This document shows positions 11,407 through 25,042 of a stretch of DNA of 46,809 bases, piece after piece (the stretch's first letter is position 1; every line of letters starts with the position of its first letter). A program made the translations under genes and the position numbers. This DNA is from Azolla caroliniana (Eukaryota; Plantae; Polypodiophyta): positions 1 through 46,809 of the forward strand of contig JBHGNT010000236.1 of NCBI GenBank assembly GCA_043228905.1, read 5' to 3'. The notes under the pieces are model-generated. The model made no database searches. It was given only the letters and a program-made list of their open reading frames with translations, and was not told the DNA's origin.

Positions 11407-14400
11407 ATGGTGAATCCGCGATGTTTTCTAGACATAAGCATTGGCGGTGAGCTTGAAGGCCGGATAGTTATTGAGCTTTATCAAGATGTTGTGCCGCGCA
11501 CTGTTGAGAATTTCAGGGCATTGTGCACTGGAGAGAAAAAGTCCAGCTGTGAAACTGGTTCCTGTCTGCATTATAAGGTGCTCATAGCTTCTATATTTCA
11601 GCTGTTATGTATTGCTTAAAATTTGAGCATACTTATGGATACATATATTATTATTCTACTAGGATTCTGAGCCTATATTTGTCTACCTTGAAGGGAATTC
11701 CATTCCACCGAGTTGTGAGAGGGTTCATGATTCAAGGGGGTGATGTTTCAGCTCGGGACGGAACTGGAGGTGAATCAATCTATGGTCCCACTTTTGAAGA
11801 TGAGAATTTTCAGCTAAAACATGAAAGGAAGGGAATGGTATCTATGGCAAATTCTGGGCCTAACACTAATGCCTCTCAGTTTTTCATATCGACTACCCGA
11901 GCTTCTCACTTGGATGGGAAGCATGTTGTGTTTGGGAAGGTTATAAAGGGCATGGGAGTTGTTCGGAGCATAGAACATAGCCCTACAGATGAAGAAGGGA
12001 AACCATTTAATGAAGTTCTCATTGAAGATTGTGGTGAGATTCCAGAAGGAGATCAGGATGGTGTTATTGGGTTTTTTAATGATGCAGACACATATCCTGA
12101 CTGGCCAGCAGATCTTGATGAGCAACATTCGGATTGCTCCTGGTGGATTGGTGCTGTAGATTCAGCCAAAACTTTCGGAAATGACTACTATAAGGTCTGG
12201 TTACTTATATTTATGATAACAGTGTTTCTATTGAAAGTATGAACTCTAGAATTTACTCTGATTTTTTTTGTTGCAGAAAGGAAATTATAAAATGGCCTTA
12301 AGAAAATACAGAAAAGCTTTGAGATATCTGGATGTTTGTTGGGAGAAAGATGGTCTAGACGAAGGTAAAATAGACACTTTCCTGTCATGACTGTACCCGT
12401 GTGTGTCTTACCTACATAATTGACATTGAAATTATTACCTCATTTTTCAGACAAAACAGATCTTCTGAGATTAATGAAGTGCCAAGTATTAACAAACAGC
12501 TCCGTAAGTACTCATCTAATCTTTTCTTCTTGATATGTTTAGAATTTGCCTTTGATTGTGCTGTTTCATATTGACATAGGCTTGCAAACTCAAATTGGGT
12601 GATGCAAAAGGTGCTCTTTTGGACACAGACTTTGCCACTCGTACTGGAGAAGATAATGCAAAGGCTTTGTTCCGTCGAGGCCAGGCTAGTTTATAACTTT
12701 ATACTTCTTTTAGAGAGTAATGTTGTCTTTTTAAGATGGAAATTAAATTCATGAGACAGCACAGAACATGGAAAGTTTTTCTTGTCTACTATTCAGTGCT
12801 GCGTTTGAGAGATGGGTTATGAACGTGACATCCTCATAGTCATAAAGCAGTCTTGATGTTTGGTTTTTCTTTTCCAATTAGAAAAATTTAGCCATACATT
12901 TAAATTGATGTTTATGTCTTATGCATACATGTATATATATTGCATTCATCCATATCTGGGTCACTATGACATAAATGTAAAGAGATTTCTGTATGCATGT
13001 TGTATGGTATGGGGCGTGTCTTAATAAAATCATTTCTGTTATAGGCAGTTTCAAATTTCATGAAAGATTATTGCTTCTAGGATCCATTTCTTCAGGCCTG
13101 AGTGAAGTGTCAGTATGTGGGTTAGGACTGTTATCTTGTCTGCACATATGGGATAGAAAGATTACTCAAGTCTTATATAATAACATAGAGCCCTCTTTGA
13201 TGACATAAGCTGGTAAAGAAAATAACGGCGTTGCTAACAACAACTCCAAGGAGAAAACTCGGAAATATCCATAGTAGTTTCTTTCTTTTCCCAAACGACC
13301 CTAATTTATGTCCCAGAAATACCCTAGAAATAGACAAAAGGAATAAATTGACCATGTATTTGCTCAAATAGCACTTATAATTGAGAAAACGCATATAGGA
13401 TGATCATTTAAGTATCCAAACAGCACATATAGTTTCTCAATAGTTGAGTGTTGATTTTATACTAATCAAAGATTTCTCCAGTGACCATATAGGAGGGATT
13501 TCTATGAAGGAAAGCAAACAAGAAAAAGGAAATGTAAAACTGGTTAGGAAGAGTCATGTTTTTTTGTGGGCAACAAGCATTAAAGCTAACCTGGTCATTA
13601 CTGTCTTTCTAGCACTTAATATGATGGTGGAAAAGCAGTAATTGAAGAATTTTATCACTACTGTCAAAATATTTCAGTGTTGAGAAATAAATGTATAGCT
13701 GTCAGTCACCAAAGAACAGCAAAAAACATGCAAAACAAATGTAAAAACGAGAACCAGATGCTGAAAGCAACTCTCAAAACTATATTATTAATGAGTCAGG
13801 GTTCGGAAATGGTATTCCTTCCAGATTTTGTGAATGATTGAGTATTCACAATTGATTAAAGATATTGCCTACTGTATAACACAGACGTTTGCATTAAATA
13901 ATTCTTTTCCTTAATGGAATCACCAAAATATATTTCACACTTGCAAAATGATTGTTGATCCATCAAAACTCGAGCCTGTAGTCTTGACTCAAGTATCTAT
14001 TGCTGAGATCTTATTAATATATTCTTACACTTAGATACTTGGTAGGCTCTTTAATCAATTGATTCTCAAGCTCATCAATGCTATACCTGGAATGGTACTA
14101 ATCATCTTGGTATGATGGAGAGTGATTCTGTTTTCTGTATCATTTTCATCCTAGACTTTGTATTTCTTCGTATTACCGTGGTCATCAATATTCTGATGTC
14201 ATCTCTATTTGCCATCCTAACATAATAACTCAATGCTTATGGTGACACTTGAAAAAATTGCACAGTATTAGGAGGAAGAGATGTTCTATTTATGCAAATT
14301 GTAATCTGTAATACATCGTCGTATTGATCATGCCACAATTATATAATGAAGTGTATTTGACCATTTTGCAGGCATACATGGCTTTGAATGATGTGGATTC

Positions 14401-14936
14401 ATCTGCGGCATGCTTTCTGAAGGCTTTAGAACTCGAGCCTACTGATGGTATTAAACTTGCTAGTAGAGTCTAAATGTGAGTAAAGACAACAAAAGGATAA
14501 CTGAGATCAATGTCCTCCTTTGGTCATTTCAGGTGGAATAAAAAAGGAACTGGGGATTGCGAAAAAAAAGGTATAACTCTTTATACCAATATATGATGTT
14601 TATATATATATACACACGGAAAGGCTCAGAAATACCCCTTAAGTATATAACGAAAAAACTCAGAATAATGAAAATCAAGAACTTCACTTTAAATCCTGGA
14701 CTTCAGCACCGGATGGGCCAATTGGGGCAATAAAGATCTTGTGCATTTGATAGTTTTCCCTCATGTGTATATATTTGAAATTGGGAGCTCAAATCAAATT
14801 TTTTACAGATAGCTGAACGGAGAGACAAGGAGAAAAAGGCTTATGCAAGAATGTTCCAGTGGTATATCTCTGATTTATTTCCCTTCAATTTGCTGTTTAT
14901 GACACAGCTTAAGTGCTTCTGTCATGATTTTACAGA
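11407..14936 (+). CDS. CYP40: Cyclophilin 40 (PPIase plus TPR domain, SQUINT orthologue), 361 aa
   Basis: Exons 11407-11577, 11694-12194, 12277-12364, 12451-12503, 12580-12684, 14372-14447, 14533-14570, 14809-14861 and 14936 total 1086 nt. Cyclophilin motifs: [56 protein letters not shown] part: [26 protein letters not shown]. Confidence 0.95.
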
Positions 14937-16299
14937 TAAAGGTGAATGTAGAACCAGGAGGTTTTGGCACGGTATTTTGAAAGCTTCAAAAGATATGTTG
15001 CAAAATCAACACTTGTATACCATGCGAAAAAATATACTTGTCATTGTTCCTGTTTTCAAGATACAGGTTATTAAGGACAATATATGCAACCAAGTATAGT
15101 AGAGAAATGTGTAAAATCTCCTGTTTGACAAACAGAATCCAGCCCTGATTGTTGAATCAGAGGTCAGCGGTCAGCAAAAAGAATTATGAAACTTCAACTC
15201 AGATTCAGGTAGGATTGCAGAGTTTTGCTAAGAGCAAATAAGGCTTATTCCAGATTTGTACTGCGAAGCAGTTTTGATAGAGATTTGTTTCGGTAATTGT
15301 AAAGAATTATTGGTACTCATGTTTTGGTTGATGGTTTCAGTTGAACTGTTGTAAATATCTCTGTTTTATGAGGTATTAAACATGGAGATTTCAGGTTATA
15401 ATCACGTTGAATTTGTGACGAATGTGAGCGGCAGATGTGTACTGTCTTGAAACTCTTATTATTCAGAATGAGCTTTTTTTGTTTGCCAAACTAGGGGGAT
15501 TACAAACGCTATCTGAATTGTAATGTGTTTTTTGAGAATCATGTGAAAACATAAACTAAAAGGAAGCATCACATTATTCAAATGGCACTGTTTACCAAAA
15601 CTGCACCTTCTTGCATGTGGTTTGCCCATTTACTTGGGTAGAATTTGACACTTGTTGAACATTACTTTTCCCTTGGACGCATTAGGTTCAAGCTTTATAG
15701 GTACAGATTCTGAAGCTGCTGCAGTTCTGTGGTCTTCCTTCCTCAAAACAGAATAGGTTGATATAAAAGGGGAAACCCTGCCTATCATGGATCGGTTATT
15801 TGCAAGGACGGAGGGAAAGAAATTCTTTTGAGGAAATATGTTTTCATGATTCAGAAAGCGATCCTTGTTGTGTTGTGCTCATTGTGATAATACACGAATT
15901 AAAAAAAATAGTTACAGCAATTTGCCATGTACATTATCATTGACTCTTAAGCATGAGCATGGCATATAGTAAACTGAAACAGAATGTAGAAGATGTTAGG
16001 ATTGGAAAAATTACGTTATGTGATGATTTGCTTAAATGAACAGTCTCAAAAGAGGGTTGTGTGATGTGTTGGACAAAGTGGCTAGGTGCAATTGGAGCTC
16101 ACAAAAATAACAAATTACTTAATATTGTTTTGATCTCTCTTTCAGTTTTTACTTGTGCTTATAGCCTAGTGCTAAGCTACATGCTTACAAACCCATGTGT
16201 TAGAGTATTAAATCTCATTAATTGCATTAATTTTAAGATGGCAATACAGAATGAAGGTTTGAATGCATGACTGCTAGTTCCACTGAACAATATTACAAA

Positions 16300-19200
16300 A
16301 CAATCAACTTTAACTGCCAACACAAATTCACTCCTAGTTTGTCTCATCTCCTACTTTTGTCCTACCCTAGATGTTAAATATCTTTAATTTATTCTCACTC
16401 ATTGTCTCATTATTTAAGCCCATACTAATGATTAGTTAGAAAAGCTATGGCTTGAATTGGAGCACACTACAAAATCTACAATATACAACGAAAAGGGGAA
16501 ATCATTTAGTAGGAGAGATTGGTAAGAAGATGGAAATGAACCTTTCACTAAAAATATTTTTTTATCTCAATGTAATAACATTTTTTACAATAAAAATGAT
16601 GGTTATGTCACTTGCTTTGCTAGAAACCATCAAGAAACAAGGTGAAAACTTGCCATCCTTGTGATAGAAAATGGGAAATTAAACAAGCATCTCAAAAAAA
16701 TTGATTGAGATGCAATTGATCAACTAACATAACTTGAGAATAAGTGAGCAATTCAAAATAATAATGCCAAATGATATTCCCAATTTCATAAACTTATACT
16801 TTTGAATGCTATATTTGTTCTGATGAATATAACTCTACTCTTGTTTTGGATAGAAATCACTTTACAAATCCCATTGTGTGAAAAGCAACATCCAAACATC
16901 ATGTTGAGGTCTAAAAAACTCAACCTCAACCATCCTATGAACTTCAACCCAACCATCACATCAAGGATTGAAAATCTCACTTACAATTATCATGTTGAGT
17001 TTTTTAATAGTCCCACCTTAGGTGCTCCCATTGTGTGGACATGACCCACAACACCCAACTTGACCCATAGTGTAGACAAGGAAACTTGAGCAATTAGGCG
17101 GAGCTATAAACAACTCCCGTCATATGATTGTGGTGATCATAATGTAGAGGTAACACTACACACTTTTTTAAAGCATAGAATCTTGCTTTCAAGCTCAACA
17201 ATTTTGGCAAATAGATTTATGGAACACTTTGGTTTTCAAGGTATCTGAAAATCCTTGTAAAGCATTGAAAGTGCATATCCCATACCATATAGCCACAAAA
17301 AGCTAATGATGTGCTAGAAGGTTGGAAATCCAATATGACCTCAATTGTTAGTATTGTTAGTGGAAATAATGTCATACATCTTTAGTTATAACAAACCCTA
17401 TAAGGTTTATCATTATTTCCAATCTCAAATATTAGTTATAGACAAATTATGTAAGAAACATGGTTATATTGTAATTTTTGGAGAACTACCCTTTACTATG
17501 TAGGAATAGGCAATGTGAAAGTGACCCTTTGGGATTTCCTACTTGTATAAAAATGTCAAGAGCTCTTATGTAAAAGAGGCCTTTGGGCTGCCAAGTTTGG
17601 GGCTACCTTTTAGCCCTCATTATCTCCCCTTTGTGTTTACTAAGAGCCAGTTTCCTTTATGTAACTTTTCCACTCTAATTAATAAATATATAAATGTTTT
17701 TACGTAGTAATTATCACTTATTTGAGACACCTTATATGTTTCTTATATAGTAATATTTGTTTAATTAAGGCAATTATATTTTTTAATGAGTGTAGTGTTA
17801 GGTGCCTTAATCTTATATCAAATTAAGAATCCGTAGAGGTTTTTGGCAATTGTTTGGGATGGAAAGATAGGCGGTTTTATGTGTTGATGTGTGACATGGT
17901 CTTTGCCATTGGGGAGTGATATCCCCCAACCCCTCGGTTAGCTCACTCTGCGAAAGGCGACCCCTTGGGACTTCAGAGTGATTCAAGGTATGAGTTCTGT
18001 TGGTCCCTCTAGGAAAATGCGATTCATCAACCACAAGAGGCCAAACAAGGAGGGGTATGTTTAGCAGAATTTCCTCATCTCCTTTCCCAAAGAAGGGTTG
18101 GCCAAAGTTGGGCAGACCTCATGCACTTCGTAAGTGATCAATCTTTGGTTAGGAAGATGTTGGCCTTGAACTTAAATTCTTGAACTAAGTGATCAATCTT
18201 TTGTTAGATCAACTTACGAAGGGCAAGGGCCGAAAGAGATTGTAGACATGATTCCATCCATCTTAGGAGAGTGCATAGGTTCTCATAATAGCTTGTACCA
18301 CCATGTTCACTAAATTTGTACTACCATGTTCACAAACACTATGTCCATTGCTAACTTTCACTTAGCTAGTCCTTCCACTAATCACAAGGATCCACCAATG
18401 GGATCCCAAAATAGCAAATAGCCACCAACAAAGCTTAACCCAAACCCAACAACCCTACACACACATATCGTAATTGAAAACAACATATCAAACCCAAAAC
18501 TAGTTGTTCCACTATAATCCATCCAAATAATGCTAGACTTAGTTGATCAATAAAAGAGACCCACACCCTCTAGATAAACGATCACAAGACTGGGATGATT
18601 TTCTTACAAAAATTAAGACTTTTTTTTGACAAACTCTTCTCCCACAAACTTGAAGCAAAAGAGACATTGTGGGCATTTTAGACCTAAGGATCTCCAATCA
18701 TCCCTAGATCCTCATTTTAAACCTAAGGACCTTCAATTGTCCCTTGGCCCATTTTGAACCTTAGTGTCCAAAGGTTCCTTGCCCATCCCTAGGATCTTCC
18801 TTACAAACACACACACACACACTCACTCACTCACTCACTCACTCACTCAAACACATTACAATAAAAGACACATTTCTATTCATTCATAGATACACTAACA
18901 TAATTATATTCACACGATAACCGACAAACTATTGCGCATAAAATACAAGCACTTAATCACACATTCACACACTTATCTATATACATTTACCTACATTAAC
19001 TTGTACAAACGTACAAATAAATAATAAAAACATGTACATACTTAAACATACATTGTAACCAACACTTATACAACTAAACACATTTGCACCTAAGAACTAA
19101 TTCATGCACATGCACATATTCGTGAATAATTTTTCAAGCTAGTGCATATGCTAACATTGATATCTTGAAAGAGATCCAATTCACTTGTGACCTACATTCT

Positions 19201-20870
19201 CAAAAATGGAAATTTCAAGTGCTCCTTGATATATCTAAGTGGGATATTATTTATCCAAAACCCTTACCAAGGACACCATCTTTTCTAGTCCTAGCCCCTA
19301 GGGGTCCCACGTAAGATGGCTCTAGCAAAGGTAAAACACTACATGTCCAATGGTTTGATCCAATGTCTTGGGGCCATGATAATAGACCACCCTTTACTAT
19401 CAATGATGTTAAGTATCAATTTACATATTTTCCTATTGGGATGATATGTCATTTACATAAGTCGACTTGTGATAAACTTCAAGAACGAGGTTCTCTACAA
19501 GTGAAAGGATAGTAAGATGTACCAAGTTCATGTGTACACTCATGGATAAAGATGAATAAGAAGGTTGATCACTCATGGATGACAATCTATGGAGTTGCTA
19601 CTAGCTAGCAAATGAAGAAAATAGTGATGAGGATTGCATAGAAGAGGAAGATTATGGTTTAGACCACATGATATGATTTGGTCATGAACTAAGTGCATAT
19701 GCTTGCTAGTGTAGACAAAATTCATCCCATCACAGCCCAATGTGGTGATGAGGATGGCTTATTTCTTGATTGCTTCATGGTAAACACAAACAACATTGGG
19801 AAGCATGGGTCCCACAAATAGCCTAACACATGTCCACAATAAAAGCCAACTTCTCACCTCTTTAACATAATCCATGGGCGAATCACCATAGCTTTAGTTG
19901 ACGTGGACACTAGTATCACCACCCTCTCGTATGAACATTGGTTACACTTGGGTTTGCCAACCTTAGTAGAATGGAATGATTCCCTCTTGAGCCTAGATAC
20001 CAACATTATCTATTGTATAGGGTCACTTGCTTGTACAGTGACCACTTACACTAGTAAGACTCACATTGAGGCCTAATGAATGCATATAGGAACCTTGTCA
20101 TAATCATGTATATTTTGACATTATTGGTGTGACTAAAGCAAGTGTATGATAGAGCCAAGTGCCCAATTGGTAGTCTTATGAATCATCGATGATCTTTAGC
20201 CAAAACTCTTAGTATAGGGTGTAACCCTGAGCCAATTACCTTCTAAGGGGATCCTTATCAAATCCCACATCCCTTGTCATCAACGTCCCTACAATTAACC
20301 TACATGAGGAAGATTTAACACAATTTGTTGGACATTGTGATACATCCAATGAGGTAATGGATACTTTGACAAGCCCTAGTCCACTAGTTTTCACTTCTCC
20401 ATGAACCCGAGCTCCGAGACAAGCATTGAATGAGCATTTGTGGAATCATTGCCAACAGTGTACAAGGGTACCTCAACAATGTCGCAAGTGAAGGTATTGG
20501 TGACAACTAAAATATAGCATAAAGGTAATTCCCAAAAAATGCTGAAATTCACCCAAAATCAAAACCCACGTAGGCAAAACATATAAAGTTGCACACCTTG
20601 CCTACCAAAACAATTAACGTTAAGGGCTATCCACATTAACGCGATAGGATATGTCTTATGTTGCCAATTATGCATTTGATGAACACATATTACCCTCACC
20701 GAAACACATTGCTCCATCCAAAACCAAGAGTGCTTGTCACCCAACATGGCACCTGCCTTAATGCACTCTAAAGTGCGCACCCACGAGATCAAGGGGAATA
20801 TTAAGTATTCGCCCAACTTCTTACCTCCAATGCTACAATGTGAGGATAGATTGAAGATTTCTTGTAGAAT
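16300..20870 (+). mobile_element. Heavily decayed Ty3/gypsy LTR-retrotransposon remnants (approximate limits, probably several pieces)
   Basis: Aspartic-protease-like IHGRITIALVDVDTSITTLSYEHWLHLGLPTL near 19870-19965. Integrase-like fragments near 17220-17330 (HFGFQG...) and 20570-20710 (KSCTPC; MHLMNTYYPHRN, cf. HxxSTPYYPQxNG). There is no intact ORF, and I could not pair LTRs. Confidence 0.55.
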
Positions 20871-22389
20871 TAGAGATAGATAGATAGATAGATAGATTAT
20901 ATTATTGTCTTCGGAGGTCAAATATGACCTATGAGACCAAAAATATTACATTTCACGTGATACGTGTGAAAGTGAGTAGTGACTCTCAATGGTCAAGAAC
21001 TTTACCAATGAATGTTGCAATCAAGAGTGCACATTGTGGTTGTGAGAGGAATTCATGCAAGGATTGGGTTCGGTTGAAGAGATGTGGAAAGCATATTTAA
21101 TGCAAATGAGACACCTCTCTCTCTCTCTCTCTCTCTCTATGTCCTAGGCTCTATACCCAATTTCCTCACCTCACTATTACTCCATACATATCCTCTTAAT
21201 TTACAAGATGCCATTGTGGAATGTCTTTTAGGAACACCAATCAAAGAAATCTCTCTCCCTCTCCCTCTCCCTCTCTCTCATGCATTTTACAATAATGAGC
21301 CACTTTAAAGTATAGAAAGCTTCAAATAGCTTGATAGTGACGTTCCCTCTATGATTAGAGGGAATGAATGTGCTAGCCACTATTTCGAAGTGGGAAACAT
21401 GACTTAACTATGCATTTGAGAACATATTCAATGGTGGAGAAATTATGTATTGTGTTCTCAAGAAAACCCGCTTTGGCACATTGGTAAACCAGTGCTTCTG
21501 TATGAGTTTGAATTATAGCATAGTAGCATGCCTAAGTCTAATGAGATAGATTTAAATGTCCAAAACCACTTCCTTATGAAGTTTCTTCAAGTGAACCCAA
21601 CCCACGAGTGTCATACATGTTTCAACGTCTTGAAACCATATCACTTTACGTTGAGATTATGGTCATGGAAAGGATAATCGAGTACATGCTAAAGGTTTAA
21701 AAAGAAACGTCTCATCGATTTCATAGGATCTCGTGGCAAGTAAAAATATTCAAAACAAACACAAGCAAAATTTTGAGTTAGAAATTGATAGAATATAGAA
21801 AGAAATGGTTTGGAAAATGGGATGCATCAACATTTGCTTCATGATATGTCAATAGATTCTCTTGTGAATAAGGATTATATGCAACACCCATGTATCACAC
21901 CTTGGGAACGATGTAGAGGCTCATTGTTCACACATTATTACAAAAGTCTCACTAATATGCAAAACCATCTTATGATTGAAATGGAGAAATCACAACTCAT
22001 CAATATATGCTAGAGCACATCACTTTGACTGCCATCCATACCATTGCCCTGGCCCCCGACACAACTCAACATACATTCTCTTTTATGTGAAACGGGGCAC
22101 TAAGACACAAGTGAGGAGACTCGTCAACTATGCATCTTTGCCTAGAACATGTGTGGGAGTAAAAAAAGTATCACATTTTGATACAATGTGCAAGAATTCG
22201 ACCACATACAAGTTTGTTTTGCACACATAGCAATCTTGCCTACTCCCTACACACATTCCTCTCACAAACACAATACGCACTCTCTATTGCAACTTTTATC
22301 AATACAATTCTTTAGCATCGAGAGTCACTATTCAATTACAACCACACTATGCAAAAATGATGGAATTTTGGTTCCACACCATAATAAAA

Positions 22390-22420
<31 letters not shown>

Positions 22421-23555
22421 TACACATTTTGGTTGTTTTGAGGTTGTGGCCAACACAATTGGGGCAAAATAAGGATGCCTACTATAACCCACTCTATAGA
22501 TGAGGTTATCAGTTACATATGAAATTTTGGCAGTTCCGGAGCATGCCTAGTAGGTATAGGCTTATAGCAGTATAAACATTCAGCCCACATAACAATATAC
22601 TGATGATGCTTGGAACTCAAGATACACAGAAAACAGTGCTTGGACAATGATAGAACCAAACAATTTATTAACATTTAAAGATGCGTCCAAAAGTGTGTGC
22701 CACTTTGAAATGATGCAAAGCAACACATTCCAATTCATATAATCAGAAATTACAGAGTGACTTATTAACATTTCAAAGACACTTAGTGACATTCTTGGAA
22801 GGATTACTCACTCCTAGAAAGATTACACTTTTTAAATCAAAATTTGCTCTTATTGATAAATGCAGGCTTGACATGTTCTAATTATGGCAACACAATGAGA
22901 CATCAGATCCATGATTCAACGAATTTTCGTCAATGTAATCAAAACCAAAAGATCTGTTAATTGAATGTGCAGTGTGGAATCAATTAAACTTCAGACATTG
23001 AAATCAAAAAGTCTGGCCGTGAATAAAGCTAAAACTAAACACAATCGGATACATTTTGACACATGATTGAAAAGTGAAAATTTCATAAAAATTCGCTACA
23101 TAAAATAAGTACATGTATTTGGATTCAGAAGGATTTGCAAACAAAGCAACTGCTAAGGGAACCCACTATATAGAAAGCTCGCACGGACGATAAAATTCAG
23201 TATTCCAATACAAAAATAGTTATGGCTTTCCTAGGATGATGATGACAATCATTCAGTTTCTGAGAGACTGAAAGGAGCATCGTATCAGAATCCAAAATAA
23301 AATAAGCAAAGAAGAATACTACAAACATTCATCCATGTCATATATACCTAAAGATAGCATTCTATAAACCTTTTTCTTTTACTCTTTCTAGGAGTGTGTT
23401 CCAAGCTTTACATGCTTATAAGCTATGAATCTCATAATAGATGCAAGGCTAAACGATTCTCATAACAGACTTGAAAAGCAAGCAAAATGGAAAACTAACC
23501 GAGGAAATGTTATACGATCCAAAGTCCAACGAAAAAGGCTCAATAATTGACTATG

Positions 23556-24944
23556 TCATCCCGAGCGAGAATTGGCAGGGATTCCAATAAGAGTAGTATT
23601 CTCTTCAAGATGAGACATGGTCCGCATACCTACTAGAGTAGCCAATACCCCAGGTGTGGTTCTTGCAAATTGGATTGCACATTGTGCATTGGTACGATTC
23701 TCCCCGAGTTCAGGAAACTTGGCACGGATATCAGGATTCAAGCTCCTTGTCAAATACCCGTTATCCAAGCTCGATGACGCTATGACTGAGAGGCCAAGAT
23801 GATGGGCAGCATGGAAAAGAGGCATCCGTTTGCCTCGTATAGCTTGAGTGGGTTGGTTCGCCGCCTCTTGAAGCTTCCCATTGTAAGGTGCTTGGACAAC
23901 CTTGAAATGATGGCCTTCTCCGGCAATCTCCTTCGCGTACGACATGAGCTCTTCGAGAGGCAGGTGTTGTTTCCCGCTCGAGTTCACGCGGAACGCATTC
24001 CATGTGGCCACACCATACGCGGTGATCTTCCCTTCGGAACACAACTCTTCCATCGCTTGGAAAGCCCCTTTCATCCGGCCCAACACCGTCGACCTCGACA
24101 CCATGTTGAGTTGCGTCTCGGGGTTGTGCACAAAGTAAATGTCGATGGTCTCGAGCCCGAGATTGCGCCGGCTGACCTCGACCTGGTTCTTGAGGAACGC
24201 GGGCGAGAGGCAATGGCAACCGCCGACGAACTCCTCCCGAGTGAAGAGATTCGTGTTGATATACTTGTTGTCGATGTAGGTGTAAGGATCGATGTCTTCT
24301 CTATAATCGAACGAGAGGAAGCCGGCTTTGGAGCAAATGATGACCTCGTTACGGCTGATCACGCCTTGCTTGATGGCAAGGGAGATGCATTTCCCGAGCG
24401 CGAGCTCGCTGTGCATGGTGCGATAGTTGGATGCGCAATCGATTAGGTTAAGGCCAAGGGACATACCTCTGGTGAGGGATTCGACATATTCGCGATCGCA
24501 GATGTCGGTCTCGGGGCCGCCGTAGGTGCCCATGCCGATGGAGGAGAGGACGAGGTCTCCGACCGTGCCGCCCAGGCGGAGGCTGCGGAAGTGTCCGGGG
24601 GCCGCCCGGGCCCCGATCTTCCGGGCGAAATTGGCGGTCCCGGCGGCGTCAGCGTGGCCAGGTATGAAATCGGAGGGACCAGGCGTGGGGGTGGGGGAGA
24701 CCGACGCTGCCGCAGAGGAGGTAGAATAAGAATGGCCCTGTTGTTGCTTCGTTGCTTCCAAGATGGAGGAGGAGGAGGAAGAAGAAGAAGACAGGCCGAT
24801 GCTACCTTGTCTGCTCCACTGAGAAGAAGACGAAGGAGAAGGAGAAGGAGAAGGAAGCGCCATTTCTCTGAGGCCTCTGGATGCTAATAGCGAGGACTGA
24901 GAAGATGAGCGCCGGAGGGCTGTGCGTGCAGCTTGGAAGGCCAT
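23556..24944 (-). CDS. Intronless aldo/keto reductase, prokaryote-type subfamily, with N-terminal organellar (likely mitochondrial) presequence, 462 aa
   Basis: First in-frame ATG at 24944 (GCCATGG context). The longer ORF-track start is non-ATG and runs through a GAA repeat. AKR motifs: LSSIGMGTY, GLNLIDCASNY (catalytic Asp/Tyr), EVIICSKAG (Lys), SRRNLGLETIDIYFVHNPE (His), EGKITAYGVATW, TLVGMRTMSHLEEN. The N-terminus is rich in Arg, Ser and Ala (MAFQAARTALRRSSSQSSLLASRGLR). Confidence 0.92.
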   Translation of the reverse strand: MAFQAARTALRRSSSQSSLLASRGLREMALPSPSPSPSSSSQWSRQGSIGLSSSSSSSSSILEATKQQQGHSYSTSSAAASVSPTPTPGPSDFIPGHADAAGTANFARKIGARAAPGHFRSLRLGGTVGDLVLSSIGMGTYGGPETDICDREYVESLTRGMSLGLNLIDCASNYRTMHSELALGKCISLAIKQGVISRNEVIICSKAGFLSFDYREDIDPYTYIDNKYINTNLFTREEFVGGCHCLSPAFLKNQVEVSRRNLGLETIDIYFVHNPETQLNMVSRSTVLGRMKGAFQAMEELCSEGKITAYGVATWNAFRVNSSGKQHLPLEELMSYAKEIAGEGHHFKVVQAPYNGKLQEAANQPTQAIRGKRMPLFHAAHHLGLSVIASSSLDNGYLTRSLNPDIRAKFPELGENRTNAQCAIQFARTTPGVLATLVGMRTMSHLEENTTLIGIPANSRSG

Positions 24945-25042
24945 GGCTAATCGAATTCCTCTGCAGCAGCTATGAAAGAAAGGGAGAGAAGCTCTGTTCT
25001 TTCTTCTGATCTTCTTCTTCTTCTTCTTCTTCTTCTTCGCCA

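Noticed and set aside
23617-24887. Overlapping and antisense ORFs up to 215 aa over the AKR gene
   Set aside because: These are expected from high GC3 and show no recognisable motifs.
23556-24944. Bacterial contamination as the source of the AKR
   Set aside because: It has a plant-type presequence, a microsatellite leader, telo-boxes and AT-rich plant flanks, with no neighbouring bacterial genes.
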